Source of the DNA: Chitinophagia bacterium
GTDB taxonomy: Bacteria; Bacteroidota; Bacteroidia; Chitinophagales; Chitinophagaceae
Reading direction: 5' to 3'
DNA length: 64,000 nt
NCBI GenBank assembly: GCA_037131895.1
Contig: JBAXQE010000010.1
Coordinates: forward strand, 17,778-81,777
Below, piece by piece: positions 42,101-49,796 of this stretch. A model generated the notes under the pieces. The model was given only the letters and a program-made list of their open reading frames with translations, was not told where the DNA came from and did no database searches. Within the stretch, counting starts at the first letter, position 1, and every line of letters begins with the position of its first letter. The position numbers and the translations under genes are program-made.

Positions 42101-42426
42101 ACTTCATTTAAATTTTCAGCTACTCTTTCTAATTTAACTGAAATAAATGAACCATTGGCAACAACTTTCTGACTGTTGTAACCAACAATAGAAACTGTGA
42201 TAGTGCTGCTACTTTTAACACCATCCAATTGAAATTCACCTGCGTTATTAGTTTTTGCATTCAAATTTTGGCCAGCAACAACTACACTAGCCATTTCAAT
42301 TGGTTTGCCGGTTTCGGCATCTACTACTTTTCCCTTTACCTGAACATTCTGTGAAAAGGCGGTTAGGCCAATACACATAAATAGGAGGGTAGAGAATACC
42401 CATGTTAGTTTTGATTGCTTGCCCAT
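39148..42426 (-). CDS. susC: SusC/RagA-family TonB-dependent transporter
   Basis: N-terminal extension, EVVVTSLG, YVVDGIP, DDIESYTILKG..ATAIYGSRAQNGAILITTK; C-terminal PTTRSYGFNVNFVF. Confidence 0.97.
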   Translation of the reverse strand: MGKQSKLTWVFSTLLFMCIGLTAFSQNVQVKGKVVDAETGKPIEMASVVVAGQNLNAKTNNAGEFQLDGVKSSSTITVSIVGYNSQKVVANGSFISVKLERVAENLNEVVVTSLGVKKETKKLGYSVQEVKGSDLVKAREVNPVNSLVGKVAGLDVAINQEMLASPNVSFRGYNISLYVVDGIPITSDTWNLSPDDIESYTILKGLAATAIYGSRAQNGAILITTKRGKKNDKGYTIEFNSSTQVNKGFIALPKTQALYGGGDYSTYIFGDGKGGGLNDGDYDVWGPALNGQLIPQYDSPIDPVTGVRKATPYVARGVDNLKRFIRPGLLTTNNLSFSSATDRSSIRMSLTHTNQKGIIPNTKLNTINFNINASYNLSSKLKIEGTLNYNRQFSPNIPDVVYGPNSVIYTVTVWTGADWNIDDMKNYWQPGKEGVQSIFAEYQRYHNPYFVSYEWLRGHTKNDITGNVSLTYTPNKHLEATLRTNLSTNDVLRTEKMPYSAHPYGRELNRGDYREDQRSLFDNNVEAFVKYNNKLKGGITYDVLGGVNARNFEYRSSFVTTDYLNVPGLYSFSNSLNPVRAYNFNSKMLVLSAYYSINVDFNKYFSLTATGRADKNSTLLLNNNTYFYPSFSGASVLSDYLKLPSSISFLKVRASYAQAKAPSTSPYIGPAGYPIGYGSPYVSAYGGPSYSLANPAYSIGTVYNGQSGASAPSTVLDPNIKSSETSSLEYGFDVRFIKNRLGASVTLFNNIIGPGIRNYPLSQTTGLSGFTTNAIKTQVKGAEITVNGSPLKNAQGLNWDVILNWSTYKETYKDLPANFANYQFQQGDRVDKLYAGVTAKTTDGQVINNSAGYPIYLPKAQYVGNADVDWSWSIYNKFYYKQFSFSFQFDGKVGGMVQDRVMRKGIEGGSNISTVEGAVGAARAIEAKNVVYNAATNSFSAVPGFKGTYVGEGVQLAAGSPAITYDPITGVITNAGALKYVNNTGVVNYIQDYVSSFFNDFEHTSVKKTYAKLREVVITYSVPTKFLGKKTFISKIDVSLVGRNLLYFFPSRFKDMDVDQYSGRNYNSGNSREYDLQTPTTRSYGFNVNFVF

Positions 42427-42440
42427 AATTTTTTAATTAA

Positions 42441-42530
42441 TTAGGTGACAAAACTATTGACAACCCTTTAACATATTGTTTAACAAATATGATGATAGCG
42501 TTATGCAATTGTTACCGCAATGTAAACATG
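42441..42530 (-). promoter_or_regulatory. 11-12-bp periodic direct repeats upstream of susC (Pho-box-like)
   Basis: Minus strand: tttac-gtaac-ataac at 11-bp period, then TGTTAAA/TGTTAAA/TGTCAAT/TGTCACC at 12/11/12-bp period. Confidence 0.4.
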
Positions 42531-42594
42531 CGAAATGGAGGGTATTATTACAAATTAAATTTTGAAAAAACTAACTTCTGTAAGCTTAGTTTAA

Positions 42595-43638
42595 TTATAT
42601 GCCAGTTGCAAGCTGAGAGAAGTTTTCCTGATAATTTGCAGATTTACTTAAGGCATAACCCTTTTCTACTACCAATCGAATCAACTGTTCAGTTGAATGA
42701 GTAAGGGTCAGGGATTGCGGATGGGGTGCAGATAGCCAATTGGATACATGTTCGTGGAAAGTATGATCCATTTTAAGTAATACAGGTATATTTCTTTTAA
42801 TTAATGCAGCTGCATTGCAAAGCTGCTCATACTGGCCTCTAATTGGAAGCGCCAATAATTTTTTTCCCAGGTAAAGTGTTTCAGCAGGTGTTTCAAATCC
42901 CGCTCCAGTGATAACACCCGTACTTTCTATCATGCTTGTAGTAAATGCTGCATTATTCACTGGAAAGTAAGAACAGTTTCCTTCGGTATAGGAAGATTTT
43001 ACAAGGGGTGAAAATATTTCGAAACGAATGCCATCCATTTTTTTAAGTTCTTTCTGTATTTCCTGCAAGCCGTAATGCGGCAAGTAAACAGTTATATGGC
43101 CTTTGTCAACTGGGTTGGCTTGTAAAATCTGTTCTTTAATAATAGGATTATAGATATTATTATCATACGAATCGAAGTGCAATCCAACATATTCCTGTGC
43201 CCAACCATAATACCGCAATATCATTTCGCCAAACCTGTCTTTTTTTTCTGGACGTGGGGTAAGCGTACTCTGAAAGCTTGCCTGATGTCCAAAACCAATA
43301 CTCGCTTTACCACTTAATTTACAAGCTAATGAAGTAATGCTTTCAAAGTCATTAATTACTAAGTCATAGTTGTTTACTGGTAAATTCCTTGCTTCTTTTA
43401 TTGCTTTACCTATTTGTAGTTCTTTGGCAATTTTCCAATAATCTAATTTCCCCATGGGTGCATAAAACAAGCTCAAACCCTTGCTACGAAAACGGATTGG
43501 TAAGTCAACTGGAAGATGGCAGTTACTGCCACTTAAGAAAACATCTACTTCGCCATATTTTTTCAAGTAAGGAAGTATTTCTTTCGCCCTTGCGATGTGT
43601 CCATTTCCAGTAGCCTGAACAGCGTATAAAATTTTCAT
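42595..43638 (-). CDS. Glycosyltransferase, MJ1255/VC2487 (TIGR00661-like) family
   Basis: MKILYAVQATGNGHIARA, VINDFE, GHQA, ITGAGFETPAETLYLGK, GQYEQLCNA. Confidence 0.9.
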   Translation of the reverse strand: MKILYAVQATGNGHIARAKEILPYLKKYGEVDVFLSGSNCHLPVDLPIRFRSKGLSLFYAPMGKLDYWKIAKELQIGKAIKEARNLPVNNYDLVINDFESITSLACKLSGKASIGFGHQASFQSTLTPRPEKKDRFGEMILRYYGWAQEYVGLHFDSYDNNIYNPIIKEQILQANPVDKGHITVYLPHYGLQEIQKELKKMDGIRFEIFSPLVKSSYTEGNCSYFPVNNAAFTTSMIESTGVITGAGFETPAETLYLGKKLLALPIRGQYEQLCNAAALIKRNIPVLLKMDHTFHEHVSNWLSAPHPQSLTLTHSTEQLIRLVVEKGYALSKSANYQENFSQLATGI

Positions 43639-43643
43639 AAGAA

Positions 43644-44528
43644 CTATTTTACAGAAGTAGCATTCAATATTAATTGTTCAGCTAACAGATCTTCGATGGA
43701 TAATGCTTTTCGTATAGGTACCACAGGAGTTTTTTGAGTGCTGGCTTTTTGATTTTGTTCATCGTATTGATAAATAGTCCATGCACAATTGTCGTATTCC
43801 AAAGCCGTTAGGTTTTCTATCCAGTCGCCACTATTTAGATACACTACAGATCCTTTGTCTGTTTTAACAATACGATGTTGAGGCTGATGGATGTGTCCAC
43901 AAATCACATACTCATATCCATTCTCTATGGCTAATTCCGCAGCGGTTTGTTCAAAATTTCCGATCCAAGAAACCGCTTTTTTTACTCCATTTTTCACCTT
44001 TTTACTCAAACTCATCTTTTCCCTTCCTACTAATTGGAGTAAATAATTGATGGAGCGATTGAGTAAAATCAATAAATCGTAGCCATATCCACCGAGTTTC
44101 GCTATAATTTTTGCTGAGCCCTTAGTCGTTCTGTCAAAAACATCTCCATGGAAAATCCAAGTTTTTTTACCATCTAGTTCTAATACCCATTTATCGGTTA
44201 ATTGCAATTGGCCAATCGTTAAGTCGCTATACCTGCGCATAATTTCATCATGATTGCCGGTAATGTAAACTACTTTTGTACCCAAACTAAGCAGACTGAA
44301 AATTTCTTTTATCACCTGCATGTGAGATTGTGGGAAATAGCGCTTATTAAATTGCCAGATATCTATTATATCACCATTTAATACTAAAGTTTCTGGTTGA
44401 ATGCTCCGGAGATATTGAATAAGTTCGGTGGCGTGGCAGCCAAATGTGCCTAGATGTACGTCGCTGATAACAACCAATTCAACGCTTCTTCTACTCATAA
44501 TAAGGGTTTGCCAAAATTGAAACTGCAT
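43644..44528 (-). CDS. Metallophosphoesterase of the UDP-2,3-diacylglucosamine hydrolase / PlcP-like family
   Basis: ISDVHLGT, NGDIIDIW, GNHDE, HGDVFD, ICGHIHQP, YLNSGDWIENLTALEY. Confidence 0.9.
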   Translation of the reverse strand: MQFQFWQTLIMSRRSVELVVISDVHLGTFGCHATELIQYLRSIQPETLVLNGDIIDIWQFNKRYFPQSHMQVIKEIFSLLSLGTKVVYITGNHDEIMRRYSDLTIGQLQLTDKWVLELDGKKTWIFHGDVFDRTTKGSAKIIAKLGGYGYDLLILLNRSINYLLQLVGREKMSLSKKVKNGVKKAVSWIGNFEQTAAELAIENGYEYVICGHIHQPQHRIVKTDKGSVVYLNSGDWIENLTALEYDNCAWTIYQYDEQNQKASTQKTPVVPIRKALSIEDLLAEQLILNATSVK

Positions 44529-44646
44529 TGTTATCTTAGCTTTACGAGAATATTAACCTATCGTAAATTTTACTTTAACAAATTGTAAACAAATAGGTTA
44601 TTTATACGATTTAAGGCTATTCTAAGTTAATTATCAATTAAATTAT

Positions 44647-45999
44647 ATGATAACAGCTGAAGAATTTGGAGGAGATTTTTTGTGGGGCGCTGGCATCTCT
44701 GCACCTCAAAATGAAGGAGCTGCTTTGGAGGATGGGAGAGGACTATCCGTGTGGGATGTATTTTCTCGCAGGGTAGCCGTTATTCGGGGAGGTACCAAGC
44801 CAACGGTTACCAGTGATTTTTATCATCGATATAAAGAGGATCTGTTACTAGCGAAGGCGCTGGGCTTCTCTGCCTTTCGGTTTTCAATTTCATGGAGTAG
44901 GATTTTACCTGCCGGAACTGGTAAAATAAACCAAGCTGGACTAAAATTTTACCATGCTGTTATAGATGAGTGCTTATTGTTAGGACTTACGCCCGTGGTA
45001 ACATTGTATCATTGGGATTTGCCACAGGCTTTGCAAAAGGAAGGTGGGTGGGCGAATCATCATATAATAAAATGGTTTACACGGTATGTAAAAATATGTG
45101 TGCAGGAATTTACACCTAAAGTGCAACATTGGATCATCATTAATGAGCCATTGGCCTTTACTTCTTTGGGTTATATGACTGGTTTACATGCTCCTGGTAA
45201 AATTAGTGTGCAATCATTCTATTTGGCTGCCCACCATACAGCCCTTTGCACTGCAGAAGCCTCACGCCTTATTCGCCAGATTAATTCCAATGCAATTATA
45301 GGCAGCAGTTTCTCATTTAGTGAAACACATGCACACCGAAATCAGCCTGCCGATTTGCGTGCAGCCGAAAAGTCTGATTTAATACTTAACAGGTTTTTTT
45401 TAGAGCCAGCCTTGGGTATGGGATTTCCTATGATGGATGGATTTCCGGTAATAGAGAAATTTCATTTATTTAACCGTAGTTGGCGTTTTAAGGAAGCTAT
45501 GAAATGTGATTTGGATTTTGTTGGATTTCAAAACTATTTTCCGGTAACAGTAAGGCATAATCCACTAGTGCCCTATGTTGGTACTTCAGAAGTGAGTGCG
45601 AAAAGTCGTAAGGTTCCGCATACTGCGTTGGGGTGGGAAATTAATGCCGCCAGTTGTTACCGGATGTTGAGGAGAGTGGCAGATTATCCAGGCGTGAAAA
45701 AAATTATCGTAACCGAAGGCGGCTGTGCCGAAAAGGAAACGCTGCATCCCGGTAAAGTGGTCGACCCCCTGCGGATAAAGTATTTTCAGCAATACCTTCA
45801 AGCCGTTTTACAAGCTAAAAAAGAAGGGGTGCCCATTGATGGGTATTTTGTATGGACGCTCACCGACAATTTTGAATGGGCTTTCGGTTTCACTGCCCGT
45901 TTTGGTTTGGTTCGTGTGGATTTTGAAACTCAGTTACGAACCATCAAAGATTCTGGGTATTGGTTTAGAAATTTTTTAAGTGGCACCGGGGATCGTTAA
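44647..45999 (+). CDS. Glycoside hydrolase family 1 beta-glucosidase
   Basis: QNEGA, DFYHRY, RFSISWSR, TLYHWDLP, INEP (acid/base), VTEGG (nucleophile), WTLTDNFEWAFG..RFGL. Confidence 0.95.
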   Translation: MITAEEFGGDFLWGAGISAPQNEGAALEDGRGLSVWDVFSRRVAVIRGGTKPTVTSDFYHRYKEDLLLAKALGFSAFRFSISWSRILPAGTGKINQAGLKFYHAVIDECLLLGLTPVVTLYHWDLPQALQKEGGWANHHIIKWFTRYVKICVQEFTPKVQHWIIINEPLAFTSLGYMTGLHAPGKISVQSFYLAAHHTALCTAEASRLIRQINSNAIIGSSFSFSETHAHRNQPADLRAAEKSDLILNRFFLEPALGMGFPMMDGFPVIEKFHLFNRSWRFKEAMKCDLDFVGFQNYFPVTVRHNPLVPYVGTSEVSAKSRKVPHTALGWEINAASCYRMLRRVADYPGVKKIIVTEGGCAEKETLHPGKVVDPLRIKYFQQYLQAVLQAKKEGVPIDGYFVWTLTDNFEWAFGFTARFGLVRVDFETQLRTIKDSGYWFRNFLSGTGDR

Positions 46000-46787
46000 A
46001 ATTGTTCTGCAACTGTAACCAATTGTTTTTGAGTTTTTTTAACTGCCAACTTCTCTTTTTTATGTATGCTCGCTAAAGCAATTGCCATTGCTTGCCTACT
46101 GTTTAGTGGGGACTTATCCATATGCTCTACCTCTTCGAGCCGGTTAATGATAGTGCAGCATTCATGCCAGTCGCCGATATTTTTCTCCAGTTTACTAATT
46201 GCATGGATTTTTTTCTGATTAGGAAGCCGGTCTTTATCAAGCCAATTGGTTGCATATATCCATTTCTTGCAAAGTTTCCTTATCTCATGCCAGTCTTTCT
46301 GTTTTGCTTTTTTGAGTCCTTTTTTAAGGGAGGCAGATAATTGCATAAAATACTGTTCCGCTAAAATATTATGGGTTTTGTTGGCCAAACTCTCAGCCTT
46401 TTTCATTTGTTTGGTATAGGCATTGAAATGCTTTTGCAGAAAAGCTTGTGTTTGGTTTGCTTGTTGGAGTATATCTGCCTCTGTACAACCGAGGGTTGCA
46501 TCCAATTGTACATTTATTTTTTGTAGCCATTGATTGATCAACTGCATTTCTCTCCATTCTCCGGCTTGTTGAAATAGTTCTCTGGTAACATTGGGTAATT
46601 TTCCTATAGACCCTTTTCCATAAATCGATTGAAGAAAGGAGAATATAGCTTTGATTCTTTTCATCTGTACCCGCAAATCATGCAAATTAGATACAGAGCC
46701 CACCTGAGCCGTGTCCATCCAAGAGTTAAAAAGGGATAGGGTGGTTTGGCGGAAATAAGTATGAAAATTTCCTTTCATACCAAACAA
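45996..46787 (-). CDS. CHAD-domain (polyphosphate-binding) protein
   Basis: LHDLRVQMKRIK, WHEIRKLCKKWIY, IGDWHE; very Lys/Arg-rich. Confidence 0.82.
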   Translation of the reverse strand: MFGMKGNFHTYFRQTTLSLFNSWMDTAQVGSVSNLHDLRVQMKRIKAIFSFLQSIYGKGSIGKLPNVTRELFQQAGEWREMQLINQWLQKINVQLDATLGCTEADILQQANQTQAFLQKHFNAYTKQMKKAESLANKTHNILAEQYFMQLSASLKKGLKKAKQKDWHEIRKLCKKWIYATNWLDKDRLPNQKKIHAISKLEKNIGDWHECCTIINRLEEVEHMDKSPLNSRQAMAIALASIHKKEKLAVKKTQKQLVTVAEQF

Positions 46788-46885
46788 TATACGAAATATT
46801 TTAAATGTTCAACCGAACGCTGTATCAATTAATTGTTAATTCTGATTAATTTTTATGGGTAGTTTTGAATAATTACTAATATGAA

Positions 46886-46920
46886 CAAAAAAGGCTGACT
46901 ATAAAAGTCAGCCTTTTTTG
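46886..46920 (-). terminator. Intrinsic terminator
   Basis: caaaaaaggctgact-ataaa-agtcagccttttttg downstream of the 46935 gene. Confidence 0.85.
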
Positions 46921-46934
46921 TTGATACTGTTGGT

Positions 46935-47393
46935 TTAAAAAAACAGGTTACTCAGTACATTCCCTGCTCCGTTTCCGCCCGGTTTCAAATTCATAAATTT
47001 GCTAAAATTAGCTGCACCCATAATACCTTTCATTTTTCCAAAAAGGCCTTGTTGCATAGGGGCAAATTTACTCAGGTAGGCGGAAGGGTCGCTGCCTGCT
47101 AATCCCATAATGCCTTGCTTTTGCTTTAAAAAACCGCCAACTGCCTCTGTTAAAGCGCCTTTTTGAGAAGCGGGTAGGGAGAGCTGACTGGTTAGTTTAT
47201 CTACTACACTATTGGTAGTACCCGTAATATCACCCAATTTAGGGGGAGCAATAAAACTACCCAGTGCTGAGGTAGCCGCTTTGGTTACGTCGGCAGTTTT
47301 TGGGAGACTAATTTGGGCATTGATTTGATTCAACAACAGGCTGGTAATGATCAGCAGTAAAACTTTTTTCATAATTAGTAATGTTTTTGGCAA
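46935..47393 (-). CDS. Secreted hypothetical protein
   Basis: Signal peptide (MKKVLLL..INA-Q); followed by a terminator. Confidence 0.75.
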   Translation of the reverse strand: MPKTLLIMKKVLLLIITSLLLNQINAQISLPKTADVTKAATSALGSFIAPPKLGDITGTTNSVVDKLTSQLSLPASQKGALTEAVGGFLKQKQGIMGLAGSDPSAYLSKFAPMQQGLFGKMKGIMGAANFSKFMNLKPGGNGAGNVLSNLFF

Positions 47394-47442
47394 TTTAGTA
47401 AATCTTATTCATTAACTAAACTATCTACATAGAAACTATAAT

Positions 47443-47472
47443 AACAAAGGTGCTCAGTTGAGCACCTTTGTT
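47443..47472 (-). terminator. Hairpin terminator downstream of the 47504 gene
   Basis: aacaaaggtgctca-gt-tgagcacctttgtt. Confidence 0.75.
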
Positions 47473-47503
47473 GATAAAGGATATTGGATATAAATGTACT
47501 AAA

Positions 47504-48019
47504 CTAGATGGCTTTAGATCGCTGCGTCATATAAATTTCGCGGGCAACTCGAATGGGTTGGGTATTTGTTTTTTCAGTTCTTTTTTCTACAATTTTTTCT
47601 GCTTGAACAGTTTCAGCAGGTTTATGGCCTACAATGCTAAGGCAGATTAAAGAAAGAGCCGGAAAAATCGCCGCAAATGTAATCCAGAAGGATTCGCTTC
47701 TGTTTTTTTCTGCAGCCATGCCTTTTATTACGATGCTCATGGTAAGTCTGGCTGCGATGGCTCCGCCACCTATATATAAACCATAGGTAGTGAGGTCTTC
47801 AACTAACAAATAATGCAGTCCGAATGCTACCGCACTAAAAAGGGTGGGTACCAGAAAACAAAAGATGCCCACCATCAGTTGTCCCTCATCAATTCTGTCT
47901 ATGAATGAGGTTTTAACAGACTGGCGGTTGTTTTGCTGATAATAGTTGGCTGTTGGGCGAGCATTTGCATATGCATATCTGCTGCCTGCTGATTGGTTGG
48001 GTAAATACGTGGTTGACAT
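47504..48019 (-). CDS. Hypothetical membrane protein (3 TM, polar termini)
   Basis: Three hydrophobic segments; own terminator; A-rich leader. Confidence 0.7.
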   Translation of the reverse strand: MSTTYLPNQSAGSRYAYANARPTANYYQQNNRQSVKTSFIDRIDEGQLMVGIFCFLVPTLFSAVAFGLHYLLVEDLTTYGLYIGGGAIAARLTMSIVIKGMAAEKNRSESFWITFAAIFPALSLICLSIVGHKPAETVQAEKIVEKRTEKTNTQPIRVAREIYMTQRSKAI

Positions 48020-48117
48020 TGTTGGGTTTTTATAGGATTAAGAGTTGGTGGCGTGTATTTGTTTAATTGCGATAGGCAAAGTTTCAGCGGTTTTTACTTT
48101 TGCCGGATAGGGTGTTT

Positions 48118-48249
48118 TTACTTTTTATTGTAATTGTTTTTTGATAAAAAAGTAACCGGGTCATTTTTGCAAGTAGTAAAAGCCCCACGTAAGAGGTGGA
48201 TTTGGCTCTTTTGGAGGCTTTTACTTTTTAGGTTGGTTTGGTTTTTCAT
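48118..48249 (-). CDS. 43-aa peptide with a possible double-glycine-type (GA) leader
   Basis: ATG 48249 with A-rich leader: MKNQTNLKSKSLQKSQIHLLRGA-FTTCKNDPVTFLSKNNYNKK. Confidence 0.35.
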   Translation of the reverse strand: MKNQTNLKSKSLQKSQIHLLRGAFTTCKNDPVTFLSKNNYNKK

Positions 48250-48504
48250 TTTAGTATGTTTAATCGTACTGGTTTTTGTTTGTTTGATTGATGATGTAAA
48301 ATTACTTGCAGGATATAGGGTAAACAACGGGTAAAACACTTAAAGATTGGAGGGGAAAACCCTGTATTTATTTGTAGTGGTATATTTACAGTTGTAGCAA
48401 TTGCTTAGGAAAGAATTTATAAAGCCCATGCTAGTATTGATTTTTAGGAGATGTAATGCGGCTGATTTAGAATTATTTTTCATGGGAGATACTAAGTATT
48501 TGAT

Positions 48505-49284
48505 TTAAAATTCTCTTACCAGACGTATATAATAATGTGCTGGATTTGCATCCTGTACTTTTTGGGTATCTTGTATATGCAGCCAGTATATGGCATCTTG
48601 ATCTTTAAATCCCCAGGCTCCACCTGCTTTAAAGGATGCACTTAGGATGCTCTCTTGCAGCATAGCTAATAATTCGGCAAGGGTAGGAATTCTCCATCCC
48701 CGAATCATTTCTCCATGAATGCTTACGCAATAATGCGCAGCCATTCTTTCTCCATACGACATATTTTTGCCCTGTAGGATGGATAACGGATATTGATTGA
48801 TCGGTAGGTTGTGTTGATTGGGCAGTTTAGAAACGGGAATTCTTTTTACAACATCATTCCACTGAACGGTGGTAATATGATGAGAAATATTGGTTAACAA
48901 GCCATGCGTTCCGGCTTCGTTAATTTGAAAAACGATGCCACCCAGTAAACGTTCGCCAGGATAATGACTGATAGATTGCCAAGTAACCCCATCGAATCTC
49001 TGATAGGATTGCTCACTGGTATTGTATAATATAGTACCGTTTGTAACATTGTTAATATAGGCAATCTGCTGACTGCTCATTCTGGCAGGTTTATAAAATT
49101 GTTTGGGGGTACTTGGATTTACAGGAACAGATATGCGCCCGATACTTTCTTTTTTAGCAAACTTGCCTAGGATTCCTTTTGGGCTCTTTTTGGTAGAAAG
49201 AAATCGCTCTTGAATTTTATTCAATAAACCAGTAGTGGAAACGTTTAAAGCAATATTTGCGTTAGAATATAATGCTGTTTTCAT
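48505..49284 (-). CDS. Hypothetical protein with degenerate DUF1566 (Lcl C-terminal)-like domain
   Basis: PARMSSQQIAYINNVTNGTILYNTSEQSYQRFDGVTW repeat-like motif, then GERLLGGIVFQINEAGTHGL and GWRIPTLAEL, ending YIRLVREF. Confidence 0.6.
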   Translation of the reverse strand: MKTALYSNANIALNVSTTGLLNKIQERFLSTKKSPKGILGKFAKKESIGRISVPVNPSTPKQFYKPARMSSQQIAYINNVTNGTILYNTSEQSYQRFDGVTWQSISHYPGERLLGGIVFQINEAGTHGLLTNISHHITTVQWNDVVKRIPVSKLPNQHNLPINQYPLSILQGKNMSYGERMAAHYCVSIHGEMIRGWRIPTLAELLAMLQESILSASFKAGGAWGFKDQDAIYWLHIQDTQKVQDANPAHYYIRLVREF

Positions 49285-49360
49285 AATCTGTTAGTGGGTA
49301 TCTGGATGATGATATATTTTTATTACTCCAAAACTATGGGCATCATTAGGGGTATGCAAT

Positions 49361-49397
49361 AGGGAAAACCCCCTAATTGACATAGGGAAACTCACCG
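49361..49397. promoter_or_regulatory. Tandem candidate operator sites AGGGAAAACCCCCT and AGGGAAACTCACCG
   Basis: About 25 bp upstream of a TAgtTTTG -7 element (49329-49336, minus strand) for the 49284 gene. Confidence 0.45.
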
Positions 49398-49796
49398 AAA
49401 TGCCATAGGGAGAAATCCTTTTAGAAGGGTAGTGCTGGGTTACCTGAACTGCGTTCTTCTCTGATTTAAACAGCTGGTTGCTCCTTCGAATAGTTGAAGT
49501 TTTGTTACAAATATAGCTGTAGGTACATCTATTAAACATAAAAATTTTATAAGATACTAACGATTGTTAATTATTTTTTGATTAAACGAATCTTTCCAGT
49601 TGATAGTCTAAATATATGTACATACAGCAATTATTATATGTACGTACATTTATGATACAAGATAAAAGGGATATTTAAAACGCTGCCCGTTGGCAATTAT
49701 TTTTTAATGAGCATTGGAAAAAAATCCTCCCCCTTTTTTTAAGTGATTGTAAATCAATAATTTACATTTTTATTTTCTTAAAAATGTTCAAAAAAT

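Noticed and set aside
37536-42426. Apparently more AT-rich codon usage in susCD as a sign of recent transfer
   Set aside because: Visual impression only; could reflect expression bias. Needs computed GC3 and tetranucleotide profiles.
49638-49649. 12-bp palindrome atgtacgtacat resembling the YefM operator core
   Set aside because: Single site in AT-rich DNA, no 12-bp-spaced partner and no TA gene nearby.
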